The notes: generated by a model from the letters alone, not told the origin. A DNA stretch of 64,000 bases from the human T2T-CHM13v2.0 reference genome, Homo sapiens (GCF_009914755.1 NC_060926.1); one strand, 5' to 3'. Positions 1 through 12,228 are shown, counted from the stretch's first letter. Translations and numbers: made by a program.

Positions 1-167
1 GGAGGTGGGTGTTAAGTCAGCAGTCACTTTGTCCTGCTGGCAGCGTGTGCTATGGGAGAGGCTTCCCTGGGGCTCAAGGGGGGTGAGATTGCAAGCCTGA
101 ACAGGGGGCTCTTCCCAGTCCAACTTGCCTTGTTAATATAAACTATGGCCCTCCACTCAGCTCTTAG

Positions 168-468
<301 letters not shown>

Positions 469-1104
469 AACAGCTCTTCGATCTTTTAATCCCAAATCTC
501 TATCCCCTTCTTCACAAACTGATCCAAACCCGCTGAGTCCTGCTCTTGCCTTCAGATTAGATAAGGAACACTGTCTAAGGCTAGCTGGGGGTGATGATGG
601 CATGAGGGGTCCCTCTGGGAGGAAGAAGCCTGCTAATGAAGAGGCCAGGAGGGGAGAGTGACTGGTGTAGGTAAACCAAGTCAGGTCCCAGCCCCGCTCC
701 CAGGGTTCTCTTTGGTAGCAGTCCCAGGGGTCAGACTCCCAATAATCTGCCTTTTCAGTTGATGCAGGGAGAGGGTCACCACCCAGAGAATCTCGGACCC
801 CTCCCCCGATCTCTCCTCATGGGCTCAGGTGGGGATCTTGTGCCAACTACCGGGCTCTGTACCTGTCCTGTGTGACGTTTGGTATCTGGTCACCATTGCT
901 CAGACACTGACACTTTCACCAGGCCTGAATCCACCCTTGGTGGACCCAGAACTGCTCCAGTGGGGACTGTGGCAAGACTGCATGAGAGAGGAGAGGAAGG
1001 GAGAGATGGGCTACGTTCATTAAAGTGTGTCTTTGAATGAGATCCATTTCCCTGGGTGTGCCTGCCTTAGTGTTGACCATGCCACTGTCAGCATCTGTTA
1101 AATG

Positions 1105-4100
1105 CGTGAGTGAATGAATGAATGAATGACCAAGTGAGTGAGTCAGTGAGTGAGTAAGAGAGTGAGTGACTGAGTGACTAACTGAGTGACTGAGTGAGTG
1201 AGTGACTGAGTGAGTGACCAAGTGAGTGAGTGAGTGGCTGAGTGAGTGACCGAGTGAGTGACTGAGTGAGTGAGTGACTGAGTGAGTGACTGAGTGACTG
1301 AGTGTGTGAGTGAGTGACTTAGTGACTGAGTGAGTGACTGAATGGGTGAGTGAGTGAGTGAGTGACTGAGTGACTGAGTGAGTAACTGAGTGGGTGAGTG
1401 AGTGACTGAGTGAGTGACTGAGTGACTGAGTAGGTGAGTGACTGAGTGAGTGACTGAGTGACTGAGTGACCGAGTGAGTGAGTGACTGAGTGAGTGAATG
1501 AGTGACTGAGTTACTGAGTGAGTGAATGAGTGACTGAGTGGGTGAGTGAGTGACTGAGTGGGTGAGTGACTGAGTGGGTGAGTGAATGAGTGAGTGAGTG
1601 GGTGAGTGAGTGACTGAGTGGGTGAGTGAGTGAGTGAGTGACTGAGTGAGTAACTGAGTGGGTGAGTGAGTGACTGAGTGAGTGACTGAGTGACTGAGTA
1701 GGTGAGTGACTGAGTGACTGAGTGACCAAGTGAGTGAGTGACTGAGTGAGTGAATGAGTGACTGAGTGGGTGAGTGAGTGACTGACTGGGTGAATGACTG
1801 ATGGGTGAGTGAATGAGTGAGTGAGTGGCTGAGTGAGTGACTGAGTGGGTGAGTGAGTGACTGAGTGAGTGAGTGACTGAGTGATTGACTGAGTGAGTGA
1901 GTGACTGAGTGAGTGACTGAGTGGGTGAGTGAGTGACTGAGTGACTGAGTGAGTGACTGAGTGACTAACTGAGTGACTGAGTGACTGAGTGAGTGACTGA
2001 GTGACTGAGTGAGTGAGTGAGTGAGCAAGCGAGTGAGTGACTGAGTGAGTGAGTGAGTGACTGAGTGAGTGAGTGACTGAGTGACTGAGTGAGTGAGTGG
2101 GTGAGTAACAGAGTGAGTGAGTGACTAAGTAAGTGAGTGAGTGAGCAAGCGAGTGAGTGAGTGACTGACTGAGTGACTGAGTGAGTGAGTGAGTGGGTGA
2201 GTGAGTGACTGAGTGAGTGACTGAGTCAGTGAGTGACTGAGTGGGTGAGTGAGTGACTGAGTGAGTGACTGAGTGAGTGACTGAGTGACTGTGTGAGTGA
2301 CTAAGTGAGTGAGTGAGTGACTCAGTGAGTGAGTGACTGAGTGACTGAGTGTGTGAGTGACTGACTGAGTGAGTGAGAGACTGAGTGACCGAGTGGGTGA
2401 GTGAGTGACTTGGTGAGTGAGTGACTGAGTGAGTGAGTGAGTAACTGAGTGAGTGAGTGACTGAGTGAGTGAGTGAGTGACTGAGTGAGTGACTGAGTGG
2501 ATGAGTGAGTGACTGAGTGACTGTGTGAGTGACTGAGTGAGTGAGTGAGTGACTCAGTGAGTGAGTGACTGAGTGATTGAGTGTGTGAGTGACTGACTGA
2601 GTGAGTGAGAGACTGAGTGACCGAGTGGGTGAGTGACTTGATGAGTGAGTGACTGAGTGGATGAGTGAGTGACTGAGTGACTGTGTGAGTTACTGAGTGA
2701 GTGAGTGAGTGACTCAGTGAGTGAGTGACTGAGTGACTGAGTGTGTGAGTGACTGACTGAGTGAGTGAGAGACTGAGTGACCGAGTGGGTGAGTGAGTGA
2801 CTTGGTGAGTGAGTGACTGAGTGAGTGAGTGACTGAGTGAGTGAGTAACTGAGTGAGTGAGTGGCTAAGTGAGTGAGTGACTAAGTGAGTGAGTGAGTGA
2901 GCAAGTGAGTGAGTGACTGAATGAGTGACTGAGTGACTGAGTGAGTGACTGAGTGAGTGACTGAGTGGGTGAGTGAGTGACTGAGTGAGTGAGTGAGTGA
3001 CTGAGTGAGTGAGTGGGTGAGTGAGTGACTGAGTGAGTGACTGAGTGACTGAGTGAGTGAGTGAGTGACTGAGTGACTGAGTGAGTGACTGAGTGACTGA
3101 GTGGGTGAGTGACTGAGTGAGTGAGTGAGTGACTGAGTGACTGAGTGAGTGAGTGACTGTGTGACTGAGTGAGTGACTGACTGAGTGAGTGACTGAGTGA
3201 CTGAGTGGGTGAGTGACTGACTGAGTAAGAGACTGAGTGAGTAAGTGACTGACTGACTGAGTGAGTGACTGAGTGAGTGAGCAAGTGAGTGAGTGACTGA
3301 GTGAGTGACCGAGTGACTGAGTGAGTGAGTGAGCAAGTGAGTGAATGACCGAGTGACTGAGTGAGTGACTGAGTGGGTGAGTGAGTGACTGAGTGGGTGA
3401 GTGAGTGACTAAGTGAGTGACTGAGTAGGTGAGTGAGTGACCGAGTGACTGAGTGAGCAAGTGAGTGAGTGACTGAGTGAGTGACCGAGTGACTGAGTGA
3501 GTGACTGAGTGGGTGAGTCAGTGACTGAGTGAGTGAGTGACTGAGTGACTGAGTGGGTGAGTGAGTGAGTGAGTGACTGATTGAGTGACTGAGTGAGTGA
3601 GTGAGTGAGTGACTGAGTGACTGAGTGAGTGAGTGAGTGAGTGAGTGACTGAGTGACTGAATGGGTGAGTGAGTGACTTGGTGAGTGAGTGAGTGACTGA
3701 GTGAGTGACTGAGTGAGTGAGTGAGTGAGTGACTGAGTGACTGAGTGAGTAAGTGTCTGAGTGACTGAGTGGGTGAGTGACTGAGTGAGTGACTGAGTGA
3801 CTGAGTGGGTGAGTGAGTGAGTGAGTGACTGAGTGAGTGAGTGAGTGAGTGACTGACTGACTGACTGAGTAACTGAGTGAGTGAGTGAGTGAGTGAGTGA
3901 CTGAGTGAATGGGTGAGTGAGTGAGTGACTGAGTGACTGAGTGAGTGAGTGAGTGAGTGAGTGGGTGAGTGAGTGAGTAAGTGACTGAGTGACTGAGTGG
4001 GTGAGTGACTGAGTGAGTGACTGAGTGACTGAGTGGGTGAGTGAGTGACTTGGTAAGTGAGTGACTGAGTGAGTCAGTGACTGAGTGGGTGGGTGAGTGA

Positions 4101-4275
4101 CTGAGTGAGTGAGTGACAGTGGGTGAGTGAGTGACTGAGTGAGTGACTGAGTGAGGACTGAGTGAGTGAGGACTGAGTGAGTGACTGAGTGAGTGACTGA
4201 GTGACTGAGTGAGGACTGAGTGAGTGACTGAGTGAGTGAGTGGGTGAGTGAGCGAGTGAGTGACTGAGTGAGTGA
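1105..4275 (+). repeat. ~3.2-kb compound tetranucleotide array (GAGT/GACT/GGGT)n in MAL intron 1
   Basis: Continuous tgag/tgac/tggg units. It begins with (tgaa)n and produces the THSLTQS-type minus-strand ORFs. Confidence 0.98.
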
Positions 4276-4621
4276 GGGAAGCTTCCCTCTGGCTTGCTGG
4301 GACTGAGTTCCTTCGTACCAGGAGGTAGGTAGGGCTAACACAAATAAAGAAGCCAAACGGTGTTACTCCTTGCCTCTCAGAACTGGAACAGAGTCCCCTA
4401 TCCTCCCTCTCAGATGCATTTTCTTAGGGGAAGAGCCGCAGGACTTTGCGGAAGCCTTCAGCATTTAGGGGTCTTGGGTCTTCCCCTGACCTCCTGCTCT
4501 GTGCATATTCATTCTCCTACCACCTGGTGCTCGGTGCCCTCTTAACTTCATCCGGGCATCAAAGCCTGTTGTGCCATTTACTTGCTCTACAGTAGCTCAT
4601 CCTTAACCCAGCTCTACCTAC

Positions 4622-4932
4622 CTACACACACACACACACACACGTGCATTCACATGCACACACATGCATGCACGTGCACACACATATACACAGGCATACA
4701 CAGGCACATGCACACATACATATACACATGCATATGCGGCACCATACACATACATACACATGCACAGACATACACACATACATACATGAATACACACCTG
4801 CACGCAAACACATACACATGCATACAGAGAAGTACACACATGTGCATACATACACATACTTATAGGCACATGCATGCACATATACACAAGCATACATGTA
4901 CACACACACACACATACACATACATACGCACA
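4622..4932. repeat. Degenerate (CA/TA/CATG)n alternating purine-pyrimidine tract
   Basis: acacacac...catgcacacatacatatacac over ~310 bp. Confidence 0.95.
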
Positions 4933-6079
4933 GAAAAATGCTTCCTACCCTCTATCTCACTCTTAGAATGATTAGCTTTAAATCAATCAACCCATAGAGC
5001 TGGGCAAAGCCTGCTGAGCCTCTCCTGAACCACACAGTTGTTTTTCTGGTCAGATGACCTACACAAAATGTCCTCCTGGCATTGAAATAACCCTTGGCTG
5101 CTAAGACGACTCAGTGAGTGAATAGATTGCCAGAAACATGAGTGGGGGGTGCTCCTCCTGGTGGCCTTGGGAAAGCACAGAAGGGCTGGGAGCTTCCCGC
5201 AGTCCTCCCAGCAGACGGGGATGAGTCCACATGCCTCCCTCGTCTGGCGGGGACATCTCTTCTTTTCCTTTCTGGGGAGATGATTTTTGCCACTTGACCT
5301 AAGTGGCAGGGGAGCTCAACAATGGTGCACAGCCTCTGTTCTGTGGCTGGTTTCCTTTACACCTCAAGAATTCAAGGCACAAACTGTTGTTCACATATGC
5401 CTTTAAAGGCACACACCACGTGCTCGGTGCTGTTGGGAATTCTGATGCTGGGCTCTGGGGACCACACCACCAGGTGTGTAGATGGAAAGCCTTGCCTGGG
5501 AAGACCTCTTTGGTTCATGTCTTGATGTGTCCTTGGAAGAATTTCCGTTTGTGGAGGCCCTAACAGAGTGAAATGGAGCCCCAGAAAAATATCCAGAGAA
5601 TTTGAGCAAGCCCTCTGCATTGCCTCTGTTACCCAGCCCTGCAGCGGAAACACTGGGGACTGTGGATGAAGAGTTCTTTCAGCCACAGGGAATGGAAACT
5701 CCAGACGAATCTCAAGAATGTGCCAGAGAATGCGTCTTCCCGTCCTTGATGACCAGGCCCGTTGTTGGAAGGAAGGCCGGCTCATATCTTAGTGCCCTTT
5801 GTGCTTCCTTGTGCGGGTCAGGCACATTTTTCTCAACTTTTGGTTTCTGGAGACCATAGGTTTTCTCTTTTTGATTCTTTTGAGGTTGTTTTAAAATTCT
5901 GGCTCTTTTTGGACAAGTTTTGGAGTAGATGATTGTGTGTATTGAGATCATATTCAGACTGCTGGGATTTTTCACATAGTTACAGAAGAGGCTGCTTCAT
6001 CTAATGACAGTTGTGACAACAAGCGCTTAGTGGCAGCCGGGTGCTGGTCCCCTGCAGATATAACCTGAGTCACAACTAC

Positions 6080-6212
6080 TGTTATCACTACTTTTCAGAT
6101 GAGGGGACAGAGAGATTCAATAACTTGCCCAGGGACAGCAGGTCACCCAGCTAGTGACACAGCTCACTTCAAACTCGTCAACCCTGGCTCCCAAGTGCAC
6201 ACCCTTAACCAC
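6080..6212 (-). mobile_element. MIR fragment
   Basis: ttttcagatgagggg-acagagagattcaataacttgcccagg...cagctagtg matches the MIR core. Confidence 0.6.
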
Positions 6213-6869
6213 CTCTTAAGCACCCTGGCTGCCTCCCATGATTAATTTGGAAAGAAAACATGAGAAGCTTCTCCAAGTTCACACAAGAGCTCCCAGGAAG
6301 ACAATTCCTGACAGATTTTTTTTTTCACAAACATCATTTCATTGGGTAGACCATGGATGTGAACTCTGGAAACTTTTTGTCCAGTTTTGTACATTACCCC
6401 ATGTTCTTAGAGAAGCTCAACTCTGCTAACCCCCCGACAACTGGACAGAATTAAAGATGGGTGGTTTCCAGCTCTGTCATACCAGGGTTGGGAGGGGCCT
6501 CCAAACGCCCATGCACCCTCTCAGTCCCCATCCTGAGACAGTGAGGCTGCATCTCAGAGTTCAGAGGAAACCCAAGGACGAGCTAGTCTCATGTTCCAGG
6601 CAAGAAAGGGTTCCAAGCTCGAGGAGAAGAGAGGAGAGGAGGGGAAAGGAGAGGAAACACTAGGGCGACATTTTGCACTGAGAGGCTGGGCAGGACCTGG
6701 AGGGGGGCAGTCGGCTGGCATCGCTGGAAGGCAGGCAGGGCCTTGAGACAGGAGCCGTTTCCTCTTCTGTCTTACAGGAGTTACAGAGCATCGCCCATGG
6801 CCTTATGTTACGGCAACACATCACGAGGCCTTGGCCAAGAGTCTGGGACATCTGCCCCATCACTCTGCT

Positions 6870-6966
6870 TCTTTCATGGGAATCAGACTCTGGGCATGAG
6901 CCCTGGGCTTTGGTGGTTTTTTTCTAAAGGTGCCCCAGGTGACTTAATGTATAGTCAGGGCTGAGG
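6870..6966. mobile_element. MER5-like hAT-Charlie DNA transposon fragment
   Basis: gaatcagactctgg...ccccaggtgacttaatgtatagtcagggctgag resembles the MER5 end. Confidence 0.4.
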
Positions 6967-8614
6967 AGGATAGAGTGTTTGCTGAGGCCCCACTCCCATC
7001 TTCTAACTCAAGGCCCTGGGACTCAGAGCACTCAACCCTTATCCCTCTGCAGCCACCCAACTGGAGACCTTTGAGATCACCCAGCCAGCTGTCCCATCTC
7101 TATTTTGATGGACAGTAACAGGGTGCAGCTGTGGGGTCGGAGGAAGTCTGGCCAGTTGGCAGAAACAAAGGGGACACAGCACCGTGCCTCCAGGGTGCCA
7201 ATAATGTTTTCAAAATAATTGCCTCTTTGCACTGCCACCTGGAGGCTGGGAGCCACCTGGAGTCTCCTTGATGAAAGGAAATGCTTGAACCCTCACATAC
7301 TCCCTTGCTCTGGACAAATATTTGGCCAGCGGGGTCCTGAGGCCAGGCTGGAACAGATTGCTCTGTGCCCAGGAGTGCCTTAACTCCCTGGTGTGGGTGC
7401 CCTTCTTACTCTGTTTGCTCTCTGTACATTTAGTAGGTGGAGCAGGGCAGGAACCAGATTTGACTCATGGTTTACAACAAATCTCAGCTTTGCACACAGC
7501 GGGGCTGGAGGCTCACCCTCCCTGGAGCCCCACCTTCTGCTACTCCTTGACCCAAGCCCGGCTGCCCAGCCTTCAGCCTCCAAAGCCCTCACAGCTGCTT
7601 CAGCATCCTCTGAGCTTGGCATGTGCCCTTTCTGCCCTCTGGAGAGCCCCTCCCAGTCCTTTGGCCTGGTTAACCAGTTAGGTCCACCTCTCTCTCCAAG
7701 GCTCGACTGACCCTATGCACCTGTCCAGGCTGCTCTGCCCACTCGGGGCTGGTTGTCCACCTGCATGTTAAGTGGCTGCTTATGCATCTGTTTCCACTGA
7801 GCTGTCAGCCTCCTGCATGAACGACAACTTATTCCCAGGTATTGGTAGTGCTGGGCTCAGTGCCAGAAGCTTCATACTCACATCTGTAGTTTTAGCCAGT
7901 TCACACCAGCCCCCAGTGTGGGGAGACTGCTGTGAGTTGCCATTTGCAGAGAGGAAGCTGGGGCCAAGAGGCAGAATCACTTGCTGCAGCGTCCCACAGT
8001 GACTTCGGAGGACAGCTCCTCTGAGAACGGGAGTCCCCTGCCAAGGGGAGGGAGCTGGCAGGGCGCCTCTGCATTAGAATTCTCCCAGAGAAGACCGCGG
8101 CAAAGGCCTGTGCTCCAAAGGCAAGGGGCATGACTCAGCTGAGGCAACAGCTGTTTCTGTTCCACAGACACCTAGCCGGGAATGAAATCTCTCCTGACTC
8201 GGCTGTGCCTTTCCCGTATCCTCCTCTTCTTCTCAGGATTGCTCTTCACCCTCCTCCGCCCTGTCCCCCAGATGGCCCCTGTGACCCTGGGCTCTGCAGT
8301 CCTCCCTGGGCATCTCCTGGGCAGTGCTGAGCGGAAGGTCGACCGCCCCACTGCCCATCCCCTGGGAGCAAACCCCTGGCTTTCATGATGTCATCTGTGC
8401 TGAGACATCTGTGACTACCTTCACCTTCATATGTTTCTGGGACAGGCAAGGACTGGTGTAAGAGCGTCCCTAGGAACGTGGTTCCTCAGAGGCTTCTGGG
8501 TTGGAGGCTCCAGGGACATGAGACACACTCACCCAGGGCCCCCTGAATGGTGGGGTCCAAAAGGGGCACTGTGCAGCTGCAACGGTAGAGATATTCTGTG
8601 TAAGTCCCCTTGAG

Positions 8615-8935
8615 AGAGAATTTCTCACCTGAAGACATTATACTAAATGAAAGAAGTGAGCCACAAAAGTCCATATGTTGAATGATTCCATTCATATGAA
8701 AGTTCAAAATATGGAAGTTTGTAGAGATAGAAAGTAGATTAGTGGTTGCTTGGAATGGGGGCAGGGAAGCCACAGCTCATGGGATTTCTTTCCAAGGTGA
8801 TGACAATGTTCCAAGATTGACTGTGGTGATGGACGCACGTATCTGCGAATATTCTGAAAACCAGGGAATCATACCCTTTCAATGGGGGAACTGCATGGGC
8901 TGTGAATTATAGCTCATAAAGCTGTTTAAGAAAAG
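8615..8935 (+). mobile_element. Old L1M (L1MB/ME-type) 3' end fragment
   Basis: gaagacattatactaaatgaaagaag...atgattccattcatatg...tagattagtggttgc...tgtgaattatagctcataaagctgtt. Confidence 0.7.
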
Positions 8936-10968
8936 AAAAAGATAATGTCTCCCCACCATCTCACTATGAAACATACTGCTATAAATATACCATGCAAAGG
9001 AAAAAAGTCGGCCTCATTTTTTAAAGGACTCACTTGCAAGGTGATGCCCCCAGAGGCTGGGTGGGGTCCTGAGATCTGTCAGGAGCTGGGGTTAAACCCA
9101 TAGTGGGCTTTGTTCTATGGACAACTGTGGACAAGGTTCCCACTATAGACTGCAGGAACCTGCGAGCCAGTGTGGGGAGCATGGAATTTCCCAGGGAGCT
9201 GGAAAATAGTCTTCATCAGGTTGGTAAAAGCACACACTGGAACAGGGCAGAGTCTGGCCTGACCTCAAGGCCCTCCGCGCAGCTGCCGGAAGCTCAGAGC
9301 CCAGGCTGTGGCTGCAGCCAGCAAGGTGCACACAGGAGGCTGTGACCAGCTCTCCACACACTGACTTCCCCTCACTTTTCCTGCCATTGATTCCTCACAC
9401 CAGTCACATCTTAAGCCACGTGGGAAGAATGGAGTGGAGTGAGATGACTCTGCAGACAGGAGCTGAGGACTACCTTCTCAGATTTGCCATTTCCAGCTGC
9501 CATCTGTGCATTAATTTACCTCATATGTATTTTACAGTTAATTTTTCCCAAAATAATGACATTGCAACCATAAGCATAGAAACAATGTCACTATCCGGTT
9601 TACCTTTGCCTATCCACGCTATTAGAGAACTCCAGACACCTGGCTCCACCCTGAGCCCTTCTTGCCTTCATCAGAAAAACCAAAGAGAGTAAAGGAGGAG
9701 GAAAATCGTTTCCTCACTGTGAAATTCAGTGTTCCTCGATAGCATGTGTATAGGTCACCCGTAAGCGCCTCTGGCCCACGGGGTCCCACTGGGATTCCAT
9801 AACGGAGTCTCTTCCCAACCATGTGCAACCCAAGCTGCTCCTTTGGGGTTTGGTTCATAAGTGGCTCTAGTTCAGCCACACCCAGGTACCAGGAGACCAA
9901 GGCCCGTTAGCTGACTTGGACACCGATGCATGGCTGGATGGGTCTTCTCCTGGTCCCCACCAGTGAGGCAGCTGTGAGCAAGGCAGACCTCAAGCCCACC
10001 ATCACCTGGTCAGGGAAAGCGCCATGTTATCCCTAACCCAATATACCTGTGTTTGTGCTGAGTGCTACAGAGAAGACGTGCAGGACTCCCTGAGACTGTG
10101 TGAACGAGGAAGCAACTTAAATTGGTCCTCCTGGGAGGGTCACGTAGCCACCAGGCAAAAGGCACTTAGGAGAGGGGTTCCCAGGCCAGGGCCTCCCTCT
10201 TCCCACTGGATGTGCCCGCTGGATCCTCCTCCTATTTCTCCATGCCACCCTCGCATGCCTCCTGAATCCAAGCCCTGCCTGTACCAATGTGCTCCTGTCC
10301 CTCCGTCAGTGCCCGTTATGGAAAAGGCCACATAATCTGTTGAATCTTAAACTCAACTGTGGATGAAATCTACACACACATCTTATTCCATGGTGGTCTG
10401 GGCATTTTTATTTAATTGATTTTGCTCCCATTTTTGTAAGATGCACAGTGCATCCCACCGGCCCTGCCACGTGCCTTCAGGCAACCTAAGATCCATCAGC
10501 AGAGGACGCTTTCTGGTCAGAGATGCCCACATCTGATTCCTTAGGGACAACTTGGTTTTAATAAATCCAAAGTCTTCATTGCACTGATTTTTCTACCCAA
10601 ATGCAATTCTCTCCTGATTGCTTCTCAGTCAAGCAGCTCAGAGAACACCTGTGAAGACAGCGGTATCTCTCACCCAGCAGGTGGGCAGCAGGTGCAGGGA
10701 GGTGGGGGGGTCAAGGTGCTATGTGAATTCAAACCACAGGGGACATAGGCCTGGGAGGGCAGCCCCATCCTCAGCCCCCCAGACACTTCTGTAGTACCTT
10801 GGAGACTTTTGGCTGCAAAGGAATCTCCACATAGGCCTGGAGTGCTTCGAGCCCAGTCCTCATCCAAGTGGGGAACATGTGGATGAGGCTGAGCTGATTC
10901 TTACTGGGTGGGGGTGGCGCTGGGGGAGATGAGGAGAAGGGAAAGAGAAGTGCAGAAAGTCCCCGCTG

Positions 10969-11067
10969 GGGTTTGTACACGCCTGTCCACAGTGAGGAAC
11001 GGAGTTTGTACGTACCCATCCGCGGTGGGGAGCGGGTTTGTATGTGTCCATCCACGGCGAGGAGCGG
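10969..11067. repeat. Three diverged copies of a 32-33-bp unit
   Basis: Units start with gtttgta at 10971, 11004 and 11036, and each ends in g(a/g)gga(a/g)cg. Confidence 0.8.
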
Positions 11068-11321
11068 GGCTGGGCTACTGAGGGGTGCTACTGGCCCCCA
11101 TGTCTGCTCCTCTTTGACTGTATGGGGCTCACTGACCCTGGCGACATCAACTGGGGTGTATTCTGGATAACCACGGGACTGTACTTTCCTCATGCCCATC
11201 CTCAGCCATCCAAAGAGACAAGGCTGTCCTTGGTTACTCCATTCCAACTCCAAATCTGATCATCAGAACACTTCCTGGACTTGGGAATATAAACAGTTGA
11301 ATCCAGAAAAAGAAATAATGA

Positions 11322-11562
11322 GCAAGAGAAAGAAAGAGAGAGAAAGAGAAAGGGAGAGAGAGAGAGAAAGAGAAAGGGAGAGAGAGAGAGAAAAGAAAGA
11401 GAGAGAGAGAAAGAGAGAGAAAGAAAGAGAGAAAGAGAAAGAAAGAAAGAGAAAAAAGAAAGAAAGAAAGAAGAAAGAAAGAAAGAAAAAGAAGGAAGGA
11501 AGGAGAGGGAGGGAGGGAAGAAGAAATGAAGGAAAGAGAGAGAGAGAAAGAAAGGAAGGGCA
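11322..11562. repeat. GA-rich homopurine tract
   Basis: ~240 bp of (GA)n/(GAAA)n/(GGAA)n with almost no pyrimidines. Confidence 0.95.
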
Positions 11563-11757
11563 GGGCAGGGGACTACTGACAGTGTGGTTAATTTGTTTTG
11601 CCAAATAAAGACCAAAAAGATCTGCTGGTCACTACCATTGCATAAAGGAAAGGACATTTTAATATCAAAGCAAGTAGGAGGGCTAGAATATCAGAAGAAA
11701 TAGCAGCTCTTCTCATGACAATACCAAATGGCATAAATCCTTTCTCAGAATGATGAA

Positions 11758-11900
11758 TTACTTAACTTCCACCTACCTCAGTTTCCTCATCTGGCAAACA
11801 GGTCAGCATTGCTCAGAGGGTTACTGTGAGAATCACTGAGTTATTATTTGTAAAGTGCTTAGGATAGTGCCTGGAATGTAGGTCTGATATAAGTGTTTGT
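11758..11900 (+). mobile_element. MIR fragment
   Basis: cttaac...cctcagtttcctcatctg...tgtgagaat...tgtaaagtgcttag...gtgcctgg. Confidence 0.75.
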
Positions 11901-11939
11901 TAAATAAAAAAATTAAACCCATATTTAAAAAGTTACTCA

Positions 11940-12228
11940 GGCCAGGTGCAGTGGCTCACGCCTGTAATCCCAACCCTTTGGGAGGCTGAGGAGGGCAGAT
12001 CACCTGAGGTCAGGAGTTCAAGACCAGCCTGGCCAACATGGTGAAACCCCGTCTCTACCAAAAATAGAAAAATTAGCTGGGCATGGTGGCATGCACCTGT
12101 AATCCCAGCTACTCAGGAAGCTGAGGCATGAGAATCACTTGAACCCAGGAGGCAGAGGTTGCAGTGAGCCACACGCCACTGTACTCACGCCTGGGTGACA
12201 GAGCAAGACTCTGTCTCAAGAAAAAAAA
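11940..12228 (+). mobile_element. AluS, full length
   Basis: Alu body with cacctgaggtcaggagttcaagaccagcc. TSD-like tttaaaaagtta(c/a)tcag on both sides. Confidence 0.95.

Noticed and set aside
1105-4275. CRISPR-like or telomere-like array
   Set aside because: No repeat-spacer architecture and no TTAGGG units. It is a eukaryotic simple-repeat expansion.
916-4356. Long minus-strand ORFs (370, 248 and 315 aa) of THSLTQS repeats
   Set aside because: They result from a stop-poor (ACTC/AGTC)n repeat. Mostly non-ATG starts, with no splice or domain evidence.
4582-4971. HT/CV-rich ORFs
   Set aside because: Translation of the CA-type microsatellite.
5100-5990. Overlapping ORFs and an A-rich minus strand that might be a decayed retrocopy
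   Set aside because: I recognise no protein, poly(A) tail or TSD. A tBLASTx search would be needed to revive the idea.
11192-11657. RE/K-rich and SLF-rich ORFs
   Set aside because: Translation of the GA-rich tract.
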